Origin: Pirellula staleyi DSM 6068
GTDB taxonomy: Bacteria; Planctomycetota; Planctomycetia; Pirellulales; Pirellulaceae
NCBI GenBank assembly: GCA_000025185.1
Contig: CP001848.1
Coordinates: forward strand, 900,001-932,000
Reading direction: 5' to 3'
DNA: 32,000 nucleotides
Part shown: in pieces, positions 1 to 9,180 of the stretch
Layout: every line of letters starts with the position of its first letter
Numbering within the stretch: the stretch's first letter is position 1
Notes under the pieces: model-generated
Told to the model about the DNA's origin: nothing
The model's input: the letters and a program-made list of their open reading frames with translations, nothing else
The model's database searches: none
Translations under genes and position numbers: made by a program

Positions 1-446
1 GGCTGCGCGAGCATGATCACGAACAAAAAAGTCACGACGATTGCGCCGGCATAGACCACGATGGTGGCGACACCGAGAAACTCGGCCCCTTGGTAGAAGA
101 AGAGTCCCGCCGTTCCCAGAAGCGACATCGCAAACCAGATAGCCGAGTAAACCGGCGACTGCGAACCGATGGTTCCGACAGCGGAGCCAATCGCGATGAG
201 CGCGAGGACCCAAAACACTCCTTGAGCGATGATCTCTTCCATCCCTTGGCCACCCAGCAGTGGCAAATCGGAGGCGAGCAGACCACCTGCGAGAGCAATC
301 AGACCGATGCCGGTCCCTTTGCCATACTTAAAGTGCCGAGGCACGACGAGCCACAGCCCGATGGCGCCGACAAGGCAGGCCCAAAACGTGCGGCAAAGCA
401 GCACGCTTTGGAGAGTGAGTGTCGAAGCGGCAAGCAAACCTTCCAT
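1..446 (-). CDS. nuoJ: NADH-quinone oxidoreductase subunit J, N-terminal part (gene continues beyond window start)
   Basis: Absent from the ORF track because it runs off the left edge. My own reverse-strand translation from ATG at 446-444 reads MEGLLAASTLTLQSVLL...SPVYSAIWFAMSLLGTAGLFFYQGAEFLGVATIVVYAGAIVVTFLFVIMLAQ. It has hydrophobic TM segments and a NuoJ-like VYAGAI..F.FVIML stretch. The start abuts the nuoI stop (TAA 449-447), and the position after nuoI fits the operon order. Confidence 0.85.
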   Translation of the reverse strand, partial: MEGLLAASTLTLQSVLLCRTFWACLVGAIGLWLVVPRHFKYGKGTGIGLIALAGGLLASDLPLLGGQGMEEIIAQGVFWVLALIAIGSAVGTIGSQSPVYSAIWFAMSLLGTAGLFFYQGAEFLGVATIVVYAGAIVVTFLFVIMLAQ

Positions 447-1004
447 TTACTTGGCCCCTTCTTGCGCTTTTTCGAGCTGCACCGACTTCATCGGTTCTTT
501 GTCTTTCGTTTCGTCGTACACGCTCAGCAGCTTCTCTTTGTCGAAGACCATTTCTTCGCGGCTGCGACCGGTCAGATTGTAGAGACTCGTGAGCTCGATG
601 GCGTCGACCGGGCAAGCTTCTTCGCACATACCGCAGTAGATGCAGCGTAGTTCGTCGATGGCAAAGCTTTGGGGATACTTATCGCGATCGCTCCAAGGCG
701 ATTCAGCCGCCACGATGTCGATGCAGTGAGCCGGGCAAGCGGTGGCGCACAGAAAACAGGCGACGCACTTCACGCGTCCCTCTTTGTCTTTGTTCAATCG
801 GTGCACACCACGGTAGATCAGTGGGTTGCCAATCTTTGGCTCTTCCTCGGGATAGCTCACCGTCACCACGTCCCCCACCAGGGACTTTTTGAGGTGCTTG
901 AACGTCGTGGTGAGACCTTGCACGAAGAGCGGAACGTAGAGCCGACCGGCCAGGCCGAGCTGCGGTTCTTCAATCCACTTGATGTTTGGATCGCTGGTTT
1001 TCAT
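447..1004 (-). CDS. nuoI: NADH-quinone oxidoreductase subunit I (2x[4Fe-4S] ferredoxin-type)
   Basis: ORF 447..1085. Two CxxCxxCxxxCP motifs are present (CVACFLCATACP, CIYCGMCEEACP). I prefer the internal ATG at 1004 (MKTSDPNIKWIEEP...), giving 185 aa. The upstream 27 codons look non-NuoI, so the start is uncertain. Confidence 0.9.
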   Translation of the reverse strand: MKTSDPNIKWIEEPQLGLAGRLYVPLFVQGLTTTFKHLKKSLVGDVVTVSYPEEEPKIGNPLIYRGVHRLNKDKEGRVKCVACFLCATACPAHCIDIVAAESPWSDRDKYPQSFAIDELRCIYCGMCEEACPVDAIELTSLYNLTGRSREEMVFDKEKLLSVYDETKDKEPMKSVQLEKAQEGAK

Positions 1005-1096
1005 GACACGTCTACCGATGCAAAACTGGCTATTAGGTGGAAGGCGACTGCTGCGAATATCGCGAGCAGTGCTTGGCAAACTCAATCAGGCGATCT

Positions 1097-2326
1097 CTAA
1101 ATCTGCGAATCGACTTCGTAGGAATGCGTGGCGAGCTGCGGGCGATTGTCGGTGACCATGGGGCTGGTCATCGCGACCACGAGCCAGGCCAAACCACACA
1201 CCACCCAGGCAATTACGATCCCGACGAGCGCCCACACAAGGCTGCTTCCTTCGGGGTCGTACATACGACGGACTTCTTCAAAAATCGCGACCGCCACGAG
1301 GTTCACAATCCCCAGGGGGAGCATCACTTTCCAGGCGAGCGACATCAGCTGATCGAAGCGGAAGCGAGGCCAGCTCCAGCGCACGAGCATGAAGAACAAA
1401 ATGACGAGGAAGATTTTGGCGTTCAGCACACCGATGCGGGCGATGGCGTGCAGCCAAGTGATGTCGCCATCGGCAGGTCCGGTGATCCCCCAGAAATGCC
1501 AGCCGCCGAAGAACAGCATCACGATCAGGAACGAGGCGGTGATCATGTGCAGAAATTCTGCGACGAGGAACAGCAGCAGCTTGAGGCCTGCATATTCGGT
1601 GTGATAGCCACCGATGAGTTCTTGTTCGCATTCGGGAAGATCGAACGGCAAGCGGGCCGCTTCGGCAAACGCAGCGATCACAAACACAATCAATCCCAGC
1701 GGCTGTGCAAAGGCATACCAAACCCCGGTGCGGGCTTGTGAAGTGATTAGCTCTTCGAGGTTGAGCGAACCGGCGCACAGGACGACACCCAGGATGCCCA
1801 GGCCCATCGGAAGTTCGTACGCAATCAGCTGAGCCGAGCTACGCAGACCACCGAGGAAGCTGTATTTGTTGTTGCTCGACCAGCCGCCAAGGATCACGCC
1901 GTAGACAGCGATGCTCGAGAGGGCGAACACATAGATCATGCCGATATCGGCCCCGGGCGCTACGACGAGATCGATTTTGTCCTTCACTTCCACCGGCCCG
2001 ATGGCAAACGGCGGAAGCATGCTGCCGAACGGGATCACGGCGAACGCGGCGAGTGCTGCGGCGAGGATCGAAATCGGCGCGAGGATGTAGAGCCGCTTGT
2101 CGACATGCGCTGGTGTGTATTCTTCCTTGAAGATGAACTTCACACCGTCGGCCAGTGGCTGTCCAAGACCAAATAGCCGAATCTTCGTGAGTGGAATGCC
2201 GACACGGTTGGGGCCAATTCGGTCCTGCACCCAAGCTGCCATGCGACGCTCGAGAAGCACGAAGTAGGCAGCCGCCGTCATCAGGCCACCAATCATGATC
2301 CCGACTTTAATCATTGCTTCAATCAT
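1097..2326 (-). CDS. nuoH: NADH-quinone oxidoreductase subunit H (membrane, quinone-site subunit)
   Basis: 409-aa polytopic ORF containing ERRMAAWVQDRIGPNRVG and GWSSNNKYSFLGGLRSSAQLIAYELPMGL, both classic NuoH/ND1 motifs. Confidence 0.95.
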   Translation of the reverse strand: MIEAMIKVGIMIGGLMTAAAYFVLLERRMAAWVQDRIGPNRVGIPLTKIRLFGLGQPLADGVKFIFKEEYTPAHVDKRLYILAPISILAAALAAFAVIPFGSMLPPFAIGPVEVKDKIDLVVAPGADIGMIYVFALSSIAVYGVILGGWSSNNKYSFLGGLRSSAQLIAYELPMGLGILGVVLCAGSLNLEELITSQARTGVWYAFAQPLGLIVFVIAAFAEAARLPFDLPECEQELIGGYHTEYAGLKLLLFLVAEFLHMITASFLIVMLFFGGWHFWGITGPADGDITWLHAIARIGVLNAKIFLVILFFMLVRWSWPRFRFDQLMSLAWKVMLPLGIVNLVAVAIFEEVRRMYDPEGSSLVWALVGIVIAWVVCGLAWLVVAMTSPMVTDNRPQLATHSYEVDSQI

Positions 2327-2352
2327 GATGACGACTTACTTAAGGCTTTATA

Positions 2353-2432
2353 TGGCAAGGAGTTGCTAAACAACCCTTCAGGAACTTGTAACAACTGACT
2401 CAAAAACTCTTCAAATCTTACTGGCAAGGAGT
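2353..2432. repeat. Two exact copies of the 11-mer TGGCAAGGAGT (2353-2363 and 2422-2432) in the nuoG-nuoH spacer
   Basis: Read directly from the sequence. The copies sit 69 nt apart inside the relatively AT-rich 112-nt intercistronic gap. On the nuo mRNA they read ACUCCUUGCCA. Confidence 0.8.
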
Positions 2433-2438
2433 GACACG

Positions 2439-4079
2439 TTAGGTCGCGGCTGTTTCGGCCAGCAGCTGTGCTTTGAGGTCGAGTCCCATTTCAGGTACGC
2501 CACTCGCAGCGGAGGCAAACGCGGTGATTTCGCGGCTGATATCGGCCAGCACGGCGGTGGACTGAAACAGGCCGGGTCTGCCGGTCAACTGCCAAAGCAA
2601 TTGGCCTTCGACTTTCACCCCTGCTGGTGGACGAATCGCCCAGCGGAACGATTGCAGACGATCAGCGACGTTGACGTACGAGCCATCTCGTTCGGGGAAA
2701 GCGGCCCCCGGAAGGAGATAGCTGGCTAAGGCCGACAGCGGCGAGGCAAACAGGTCCTGTACCACGAGGAGCGAAACACCGGCGAACTTCGCTGCGGTCG
2801 CTTCGTCGATCCAGTTCCCCTTGTAGCCGCCACTGATCCAGACGCCGCCGAATTTGCCGGCAGCAGCCGCATCGGCCACTTCGTCGAATGTCATCGTCGG
2901 GCCACCCAGGCCTGCGATCACTTTTTCAACGCCCCGCTTGTTCGGGCACTTCTCGGCGCGAATCGTAAAACCGTTTTTGAATTTTTCATCTTCGCCGGCG
3001 ACAGGGACAAAGCCGAGCGCGAGGACAGCTTGCGGATCGAGCGAGCGAATGAGGGTCGCTTGTAGGTAGGCTTCTTCGACCGTGAGATGCGGCGAGATGA
3101 CGGCGGCCAATTTCCCGGCGCTTTGCAGCTTCGCGGGAATCTCCTTCACAAACTGCTGCCATTCGATCGTCTTGTAGTCGCCACCCACCTTGGCCTTGAG
3201 TTCGGTGAGACGACCTTCGTCGTGCACATGCTTCCAGCCGTAGCGACCTTCGTCGCACATCCACCACTGATTCACCGCTTGATTCTCGCGCGGCTTGAGG
3301 CGGTAGATATGGTCCTGGTTTTCATCGATCCGAATGTTGCAACCGGCGCTGCATCCGGCACAAACACCCGCATGGCTCTTCATGAACCAGACGCGCTGCT
3401 TGTAGAGGAAGTCCTTGTCGCCCAGCGCACCGACGGGGCAGAGATCGACAACGTTGCCCGACATTTTGTTGTCGAGCGGGAACTGAATCTCGCCGCTCGC
3501 GTCGCGGAAGACGTCGATTTCTTCATGAGCGCCACGATTGGCGATCATCAGTTCGCTCGTCCCTGAAATTTCGCGCGTGAAACGGACACAGCGGGTGCAC
3601 ATCACGCAGCGATCGACAAACAGCGTGACGGTGTCCCCCAGCGAACGCTTGCGCGAGTGGAATGGCTTGATATCCGCGCGACGCTCATCGCGACCATGCT
3701 CGAAGTGATAGTCCTGGAGCGAGCATTCACCCGCTTTGTCGCAAATGGAGCAGTCGACTGGGTGACGGAGCAGCAGATCTTCTTCCACCATCTCGCGGGC
3801 CGCTTTCACCTTGGGACTGTCGGTGACAATCACGGTGTCGGGACCGGCGGGCGTTTGACAAGCAGGGACCAGTTTGGGCTGCATGGCGACTTTGCCAGTC
3901 GCCTGATCTTTCTTCCCCACTTCGACGAGGCACATGCGGCAACTAGCGACCACGGTGAGCCCCGCGTGCCAGCAGTAGTGCGGAATCTCGACGCCCGCCT
4001 TGGCTGCAGCTTGGATGCTGTTGAGCCGATCGGTGGCGGCGATTTCTACTTCTTTTCCGTCGACATAAACGGTCGGCAT
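2439..4079 (-). CDS. nuoG: NADH-quinone oxidoreductase subunit G (short, 546 aa)
   Basis: N-terminal 2Fe-2S ferredoxin-like region (MPTVYVDGKEVEI...CWHAGLTVVASCRMCLVEV). Fe-S Cys clusters (HPVDCSICDKAGECSLQD; CVMCTRCVRF; CPVGAL). A molybdopterin-oxidoreductase-like remainder follows (CAGCSAGCNIRI...). The position between nuoF and nuoH fits. Confidence 0.92.
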   Translation of the reverse strand: MPTVYVDGKEVEIAATDRLNSIQAAAKAGVEIPHYCWHAGLTVVASCRMCLVEVGKKDQATGKVAMQPKLVPACQTPAGPDTVIVTDSPKVKAAREMVEEDLLLRHPVDCSICDKAGECSLQDYHFEHGRDERRADIKPFHSRKRSLGDTVTLFVDRCVMCTRCVRFTREISGTSELMIANRGAHEEIDVFRDASGEIQFPLDNKMSGNVVDLCPVGALGDKDFLYKQRVWFMKSHAGVCAGCSAGCNIRIDENQDHIYRLKPRENQAVNQWWMCDEGRYGWKHVHDEGRLTELKAKVGGDYKTIEWQQFVKEIPAKLQSAGKLAAVISPHLTVEEAYLQATLIRSLDPQAVLALGFVPVAGEDEKFKNGFTIRAEKCPNKRGVEKVIAGLGGPTMTFDEVADAAAAGKFGGVWISGGYKGNWIDEATAAKFAGVSLLVVQDLFASPLSALASYLLPGAAFPERDGSYVNVADRLQSFRWAIRPPAGVKVEGQLLWQLTGRPGLFQSTAVLADISREITAFASAASGVPEMGLDLKAQLLAETAAT

Positions 4080-4148
4080 CGAATGGTCTCTCAGGCTCGT
4101 CGGTCGCTAACTTGGTCGCAACTTCTACAGACAACTTCAGTGAGCGAA

Positions 4149-5501
4149 TTAGTGAATCTGTAAAAGATCGAGGGCGGGGACAGGTTTCGTTTCGTTCCAG
4201 CCCGTGGGGTTGGTGCGCTTGATGAACTCTTCCAGTTCGCCACGGAACTTCTTAATGCAATTCTTGATCGGCCAGGCGGCGCCGTCGGCCAATCCGCAGA
4301 TCGTGCTGCCCGGCATAATGCCGATCGTCTCGCCGATTTCGGCCAAGAGATCGAGATCTTTGAGGCGGCCTTGGCCATGCTTGATGCGGGTCATCATGCG
4401 TGTGGCCCAGCTGGTTCCTTCGCGGCACGGGGTGCACTGGCCGCAGCTTTCGTGCGAGAAGAACCGGCAGCTGTTCAGGAGGAAGTCGACCATGCTGGTT
4501 TGGTCGTCCATCACCACAACAGCAGCGGTCCCCAGACCGAGACAGCCGAACTTGCCAGGACCATTGAAATCGAGCGGGCAATGGAGTTCATCGCCGGTCA
4601 ACAGCCCCATGCTGATGCCACCAGGGATCACTGCCTTGGCTTTGCGCCCCTTCCAAACTCCACCACCAAAATCGTTGATCAGGTCTTTCACCGTGATGCC
4701 GAGGGGCGCTTCGTAGCAGCCGGGCTTATTCACGTGACCACTTAGGCAGTAGAGCTTTGGTCCATAGCTTCCGGCGTCGCGCGGATTATTGGGATCGGGT
4801 GCGATGCCGATCGATTTGAACCAGTCGACACCGTTGCGGAAGATCTGCGTGACGCAGGCACACGTTTCGACGTTGTTCACGACGGTCGGCTTGCGGAACG
4901 CGCCTTCGACCGCTGGAAATGGTGGCTTGATGCGCGGCCAAGCCCGTTTTCCTTCGAGGCTTTCGATCAGGCCGGTCTCTTCGCCACAGATGTATGCTCC
5001 GGCACCACGATGCAGGTGAATGTCGAGCGTGTAGCCACTGCCGAGAATGTTTTCACCGAGGTAGCCCGCTTCGTAGCACTCTTCGATGGCGCGCTTCACA
5101 CGCTCGTAGGCGGTGGGATATTCGCAGCGCATGTAGAAGTAAGCAGCCCGGGCTTGCGTGGCGAAGCAAGCGATGATGATCCCTTCGAGCACCTGATGCG
5201 GATCGTCTTCCATCAGGATGCGGTTGTTGAAGGTCCCCGGTTCGCTTTCGTCGGCGTTGAGGCAAAAATAGATCGGCCCGGGATGATTCTGGGGCAAGAA
5301 GGTCCACTTGAGACCGGTCGGAAAGCCCGCGCCACCACGTCCGCGCAGGCCACTCGACTTCACCGTTTCTTTCACATCGTTGGGGGTCATTTTCAGCACT
5401 TTTTTGAGTGCCGAATAGCCACCATCTCGCTCATAGACCTTGCGGGTATAGCTTTCGGGCTTTCCCACTTGGGCGAGCAGAACTGGAGTGAAACTTCCCA
5501 C
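4149..5501 (-). CDS. nuoF: NADH-quinone oxidoreductase subunit F (NADH/FMN-binding, 4Fe-4S)
   Basis: 450-aa ORF with GLRGRGGAGFPTGLKW (FMN/NADH site) and ESCGQCTPCREG (N3 cluster). Confidence 0.96.
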   Translation of the reverse strand: MGSFTPVLLAQVGKPESYTRKVYERDGGYSALKKVLKMTPNDVKETVKSSGLRGRGGAGFPTGLKWTFLPQNHPGPIYFCLNADESEPGTFNNRILMEDDPHQVLEGIIIACFATQARAAYFYMRCEYPTAYERVKRAIEECYEAGYLGENILGSGYTLDIHLHRGAGAYICGEETGLIESLEGKRAWPRIKPPFPAVEGAFRKPTVVNNVETCACVTQIFRNGVDWFKSIGIAPDPNNPRDAGSYGPKLYCLSGHVNKPGCYEAPLGITVKDLINDFGGGVWKGRKAKAVIPGGISMGLLTGDELHCPLDFNGPGKFGCLGLGTAAVVVMDDQTSMVDFLLNSCRFFSHESCGQCTPCREGTSWATRMMTRIKHGQGRLKDLDLLAEIGETIGIMPGSTICGLADGAAWPIKNCIKKFRGELEEFIKRTNPTGWNETKPVPALDLLQIH

Positions 5502-5625
5502 GACGAACCTCTTACGGATGATGACTGGCGAGCGTCGAAATTCGACACAAGCGAGCGTGTGACCGATCGAATGCTGGCTGGTTACTTTGACTAACGAAGG
5601 GACAGACCGACTGGGAGGGACAGAC

Positions 5626-6126
5626 TTACTTGCGCTTTAGCTCGGCGACGAGCTTATCGGAATCGGGCTGCGAGACCGACTTGTGGAGCACCGTATCGGC
5701 CAGGATGCAAGGAGCGTGTTCGCACGCGCCGAGGCACTCGGCATATTCGAGGGTGATCTTGCCGTCGGCTGTCGTTTCGCCTGGGTGGACGTCGAGTTTG
5801 TGCGACAGGTGTTCGAGCAGTTCATCAGCTCCACGCAATGCGCAGCTGATCGACCGACAGACCCACATGCGGGTTTTGCCGCAAGGTTTCTTCTGCGGAA
5901 AATAGCCGTAGAAGCTGAGCGTGTCTTGCACTTGCGACGGGTGGAGTTCGAGCAGCCGGGCGATTTCGACCACAGCGGTGAGTGGCACGTAGCGGAGCTT
6001 TTCGTACACGATGTGCAGCGCCGGCAGCGTGACCGCTTGCTTCGACGGATAGCGCGGGATGAACGCCTTGATCTCGGCGATCATCTCTTCGGTCAGGACC
6101 GGCTTTTCAGGGGCGGTGGTGCTCAT
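5626..6126 (-). CDS. nuoE: NADH-quinone oxidoreductase subunit E (2Fe-2S)
   Basis: ORF 5626..6279. I prefer the ATG at 6126 (MSTTAPEKPVLTEEMIAEIK...), giving 166 aa. Cys ligands are present (CRSISC...CLGACEHAPC). The upstream extension would overlap the nuoD 3' end. Confidence 0.9.
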   Translation of the reverse strand: MSTTAPEKPVLTEEMIAEIKAFIPRYPSKQAVTLPALHIVYEKLRYVPLTAVVEIARLLELHPSQVQDTLSFYGYFPQKKPCGKTRMWVCRSISCALRGADELLEHLSHKLDVHPGETTADGKITLEYAECLGACEHAPCILADTVLHKSVSQPDSDKLVAELKRK

Positions 6127-6205
6127 CGTCGGCGTGCAATCGTGCGGTGGTGATTTGGGTAGGAAGTGGTCGGCCAGTGGCGTTGTCGTTGAGCAGTCGG
6201 CTCGA

Positions 6206-7420
6206 TCAGCGGTCGAGTTCAGCAGCAATGATGTTGAGGCTGCCGAGCACGGCCACCACGTCGCTGAGCGTGTGACCACGAATCAGTTCGGGGAACAGCG
6301 AGAAGTGAATGAAGCTTGGTGGACGGCAACGCGCTCGGTAAGCGACATCGCTCCCATCGCCGACGAGATAGAAGCCGAGCTCGCCGTTGGGAGCTTCGAT
6401 CGCGCTATACACCTCTTCATTGGGAACGGTGAAACCGCGATTGAGCATCACGAGTTCGAAGTGGGTGATGGTCCCTTCGATCGTTTGATAGACCTCGGCC
6501 TTGCTTGGCAGTGCAGCGCGGTCGTCCATTCCAACATTGACCGGACCTGCGGGGAGGTTTTCGAGGGCCTGGGCGACAATTTTCAAGCTCTCGCGCATCT
6601 CGGCCATGCGGACGTAGTAGCGTGCAAAGCAGTCGCCGGCGGTGGCACAGCAAACCTGGAAATCGAGGTCGCCGTACGCCAGGTAAGGTTCGTCTTTGCG
6701 AAGATCGCGCGTCACGCCACTGGCGCGGGCCACAGGACCGGTGGCCGACATGTTCGTCGCACGCTCTTTGCTCAGGAGGCCAACCCCTTTCATGCGGTCG
6801 ACGAAAATGCGGTTGCGGTTGACCAGCCGCTCCATGTCGTCGATCGTTTGGGGGAAGGTCCGGAGGAAGTCGCGAATCTTTTCGATCACCAGCGGAGTCA
6901 TGTCTTGCGACAAGCCGCCGACGCGTGTGTAGCTGTTGGTGAAGCGAGCGCCGCAGAGCGTTTCGAAAATGTCGTAGATCCGCTCGCGCTGATAAAAGGC
7001 GTAGAGGAAAAACGTAAACGCGCCGGTATCGAGCCCCATGGCGCCGGTCGAGAGCAAGTGGTCGCTGATGCGGGCCAGTTCGCAGATGATCGTGCGGATA
7101 TATTTGCAGCGAGGGGTAATTTCGATCCCCATCAGCTTCTCGACCGCACCATGCCAAGCCACATTGTTGGCCATCGGCGAGATGTAGTTCATCCGGTCGG
7201 TGACGGTGACATACTGGTTGAAGTCGAGGTGCTCGCCGATCTTCTCGAAGCCGCTATGCAGGTAGCCAATATCGGGGACAGCATCGACCACACGTTCGCC
7301 GTCGAGTTTCAGCACGAGGCGCAGCGTGGTGTGGGTGGCGGGATGTTGCGGCCCGAAGTTGAGTGTCCACAGGTAGTCTTCCGACTTGACGGTGGAGCTT
7401 GGTTTTTCGATCGTAGCCAT
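6206..7420 (-). CDS. nuoD: NADH-quinone oxidoreductase subunit D (49-kDa subunit)
   Basis: Contains LNFGPQHPATHTTLRL and other NuoD motifs. The track ORF starts at a TTG (7435). The ATG at 7420 (MATIEKPSS...) is more plausible, giving 404 aa. Confidence 0.93.
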   Translation of the reverse strand: MATIEKPSSTVKSEDYLWTLNFGPQHPATHTTLRLVLKLDGERVVDAVPDIGYLHSGFEKIGEHLDFNQYVTVTDRMNYISPMANNVAWHGAVEKLMGIEITPRCKYIRTIICELARISDHLLSTGAMGLDTGAFTFFLYAFYQRERIYDIFETLCGARFTNSYTRVGGLSQDMTPLVIEKIRDFLRTFPQTIDDMERLVNRNRIFVDRMKGVGLLSKERATNMSATGPVARASGVTRDLRKDEPYLAYGDLDFQVCCATAGDCFARYYVRMAEMRESLKIVAQALENLPAGPVNVGMDDRAALPSKAEVYQTIEGTITHFELVMLNRGFTVPNEEVYSAIEAPNGELGFYLVGDGSDVAYRARCRPPSFIHFSLFPELIRGHTLSDVVAVLGSLNIIAAELDR

Positions 7421-7433
7421 CGCTTGTCTCACC

Positions 7434-7459
7434 AAACCTGGGAGGAAAACCTGGGTGGA
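7434..7459. repeat. Tandem 13-mer AAACCTGGGAGGA / AAACCTGGGTGGA immediately upstream of nuoD
   Basis: Read directly: two adjacent units with one mismatch. On the nuo mRNA they read UCCACCCAGGUUU-UCCUCCCAGGUUU, followed by GGUGAGACAAGCG-AUG. Confidence 0.8.
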
Positions 7460-7535
7460 GCCGCTGCCAACTTGAACTAAGCAACTTCGCCGGCAGTGAA
7501 TCGTTACGCTGGCTAGTCACTGAACCTGCCAATCA

Positions 7536-8036
7536 CTAGGCCTGATTGCGTGTAAGGACCGGGAAGTTGTGACGCTCGCCACGTCCTTGCAGCGGATAGT
7601 CTTTTCGCAGCGGGTGAGCTTCGAACTCTTCGGGCATCATGATCCGCCGCAGATCGGGATGACCTTCAAACACAATGCCGAACATGTCGAACGCTTCACG
7701 CTCCAGCCAGTTGGCACCGGCATAAAGCGGAACCATCGAAGGGATCGTCAGTTCGGGCTCGTTGAGGTAGACGCGAACCGTGATACGCTCGGCTGTTACC
7801 GTGTTGGCAAGCAGGTAGACGAGCCCAAAACGATCCTTGGCGTCACGAAAGTTGAGATAGTCGACGCACGTGACATCGACGAGCAGATCGAACTTCAGTT
7901 CGTCGCGCAGCATGGTCATGGCGCGCTCGAACGTGTTCTTGGCCAGCACAACGCGCGTTTGACCGGCAAACTCGCTCGTTTCCAAGGCTGGAAAGCGGGT
8001 CTTCAGTGCGGCAAGGGTATCAGCTGTGGCTGGCAT
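7536..8036 (-). CDS. nuoC: NADH-quinone oxidoreductase subunit C (30-kDa subunit, not fused to D)
   Basis: ORF 7536..8090. The C-terminal EREAFDMFGIVFEGHPDLRRI...PLRKDYP is typical of NuoC. I prefer the ATG at 8036 (MPATADTLAALK...), giving 166 aa. Confidence 0.9.
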   Translation of the reverse strand: MPATADTLAALKTRFPALETSEFAGQTRVVLAKNTFERAMTMLRDELKFDLLVDVTCVDYLNFRDAKDRFGLVYLLANTVTAERITVRVYLNEPELTIPSMVPLYAGANWLEREAFDMFGIVFEGHPDLRRIMMPEEFEAHPLRKDYPLQGRGERHNFPVLTRNQA

Positions 8037-8132
8037 AGTCGGGGTGTTTCTATCTCTGTCGCCTATCACTACGTTTGCTCTGCGGAACACTCCCGGGCTG
8101 AACTCAGCAGAGAGTGCCGCTCGACCGGGCGT

Positions 8133-8711
8133 TTAGCGCGACGCCAGCGGCGAGGTCTTCGCAAAATAAGGGGTGACGCCGTAAATCGGCAGCTCTTGCA
8201 AGGCACGTTTGCGTTCTTGCCGCGCTGCTGTTTCGAACTCCTCGCCGGTGATCGTCCCTTCGCGCTGAATTTTGTCTTGCAGGTCGATGATCGCCTGGGT
8301 CAGCTGTTCGGGACGTGGTGGGCAACCGGGGACATACATATCGACGGGAATGAAGCGGTCGATACCTTGAACAACCGCGTAGGTGTCGAACACCCCGCCG
8401 GTCGACGCACAGGCCCCCATCGAGATGCACCACTTCGGTTCGTGCATCTGCTGCCAAATGCGCTGCAGCACGGGGAGCATCTTCATCACCACACGGCCAG
8501 CGACGATCATCAGATCGCACTGACGCGGGCTGAAGCGGAACACTTCGGCACCAAAGCGGGCCAAGTCGTGGCGGCTGGCACCGGTGGCCATTAATTCGAT
8601 ACCGCAGCAAGCGGTTGCAAATGGCATGGGCCACAAGCTGTTTTTGCGGCACCAGTTGGCGAGCTCGTCGAGCTTGGTGACCATCACGTTTTCGGGCAGA
8701 TCTATCGCCAT
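8133..8711 (-). CDS. nuoB: NADH-quinone oxidoreductase subunit B (N2 4Fe-4S)
   Basis: Contains [26 protein letters not shown] and VPGCPPRPE. It overlaps the nuoA 3' end by 10 nt. Confidence 0.95.
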   Translation of the reverse strand: MAIDLPENVMVTKLDELANWCRKNSLWPMPFATACCGIELMATGASRHDLARFGAEVFRFSPRQCDLMIVAGRVVMKMLPVLQRIWQQMHEPKWCISMGACASTGGVFDTYAVVQGIDRFIPVDMYVPGCPPRPEQLTQAIIDLQDKIQREGTITGEEFETAARQERKRALQELPIYGVTPYFAKTSPLASR

Positions 8712-9133
8712 TGAAACACCCCTTTCTTCCAGGCATACACCAGACCAAGGGTCAAGAGTGCCATGAAGAACATCACTTCGCCGAACACCAGACCACGGCC
8801 GAACGAAATCTCTCGTCCCAGCATCTCGCCCATCGCGACCATTTCGGTACCGATGGTGTAGTCGAGTCCCGCTTTATTCCTGCTGGCAACGGCCCAGGGA
8901 TAGAGGAACAAGAGTTCGACGTCGAACAAAAGAAACGCGATTGCCACTAAGTGGAAGCGAACATCGAACTTACGATGCGCGTCGTGAATTGGGTCCATGC
9001 CGCTTTCGTAGGGCATGCGTTTGACGGCAGTTTGTCGTTTAGGCCCGAGCAAACCACCGACGGAGAGAAGCCCCGCTCCCAGCGCGGTGGAAGCCGCGAC
9101 AAACAGGAGAATGGGAAGAAGCATCGAGTCCAT
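8702..9133 (-). CDS. nuoA: NADH-quinone oxidoreductase subunit A
   Basis: 143-aa membrane protein with YESGMDP and [15 protein letters not shown] motifs. It is the first gene of the operon. Confidence 0.93.
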   Translation of the reverse strand: MDSMLLPILLFVAASTALGAGLLSVGGLLGPKRQTAVKRMPYESGMDPIHDAHRKFDVRFHLVAIAFLLFDVELLFLYPWAVASRNKAGLDYTIGTEMVAMGEMLGREISFGRGLVFGEVMFFMALLTLGLVYAWKKGVFQWR

Positions 9134-9180
9134 AAACGTAAACGTCTTTGCAGCAAGGTGTTGAGGGGTGTGTGCCCGAC

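Noticed and set aside
2439-4079. NuoG is only 546 aa, shorter than the ~780-910 aa forms I remember from Thermus and E. coli. This raised the question of truncation or a pseudogene.
   Set aside because: The ORF is continuous and retains all N-terminal Fe-S motifs. It also keeps a C-terminal segment typical of the NuoG end (LLPGAAFPERDGSYVNVADRLQSF). I cannot show that the length is unusual for this phylum without a database comparison.
6059-7480. 473-aa plus-strand ORF antisense to nuoD. Similar long antisense or out-of-frame ORFs occur at 7569-8594 (+), 8104-8748 (-), 1037-1741 (+) and 5010-5594 (+).
   Set aside because: They overlap unambiguous nuo genes. Their translations are Arg/Ala/Gly/His-rich low-complexity strings typical of non-coding frames in GC-rich DNA, with no motifs.
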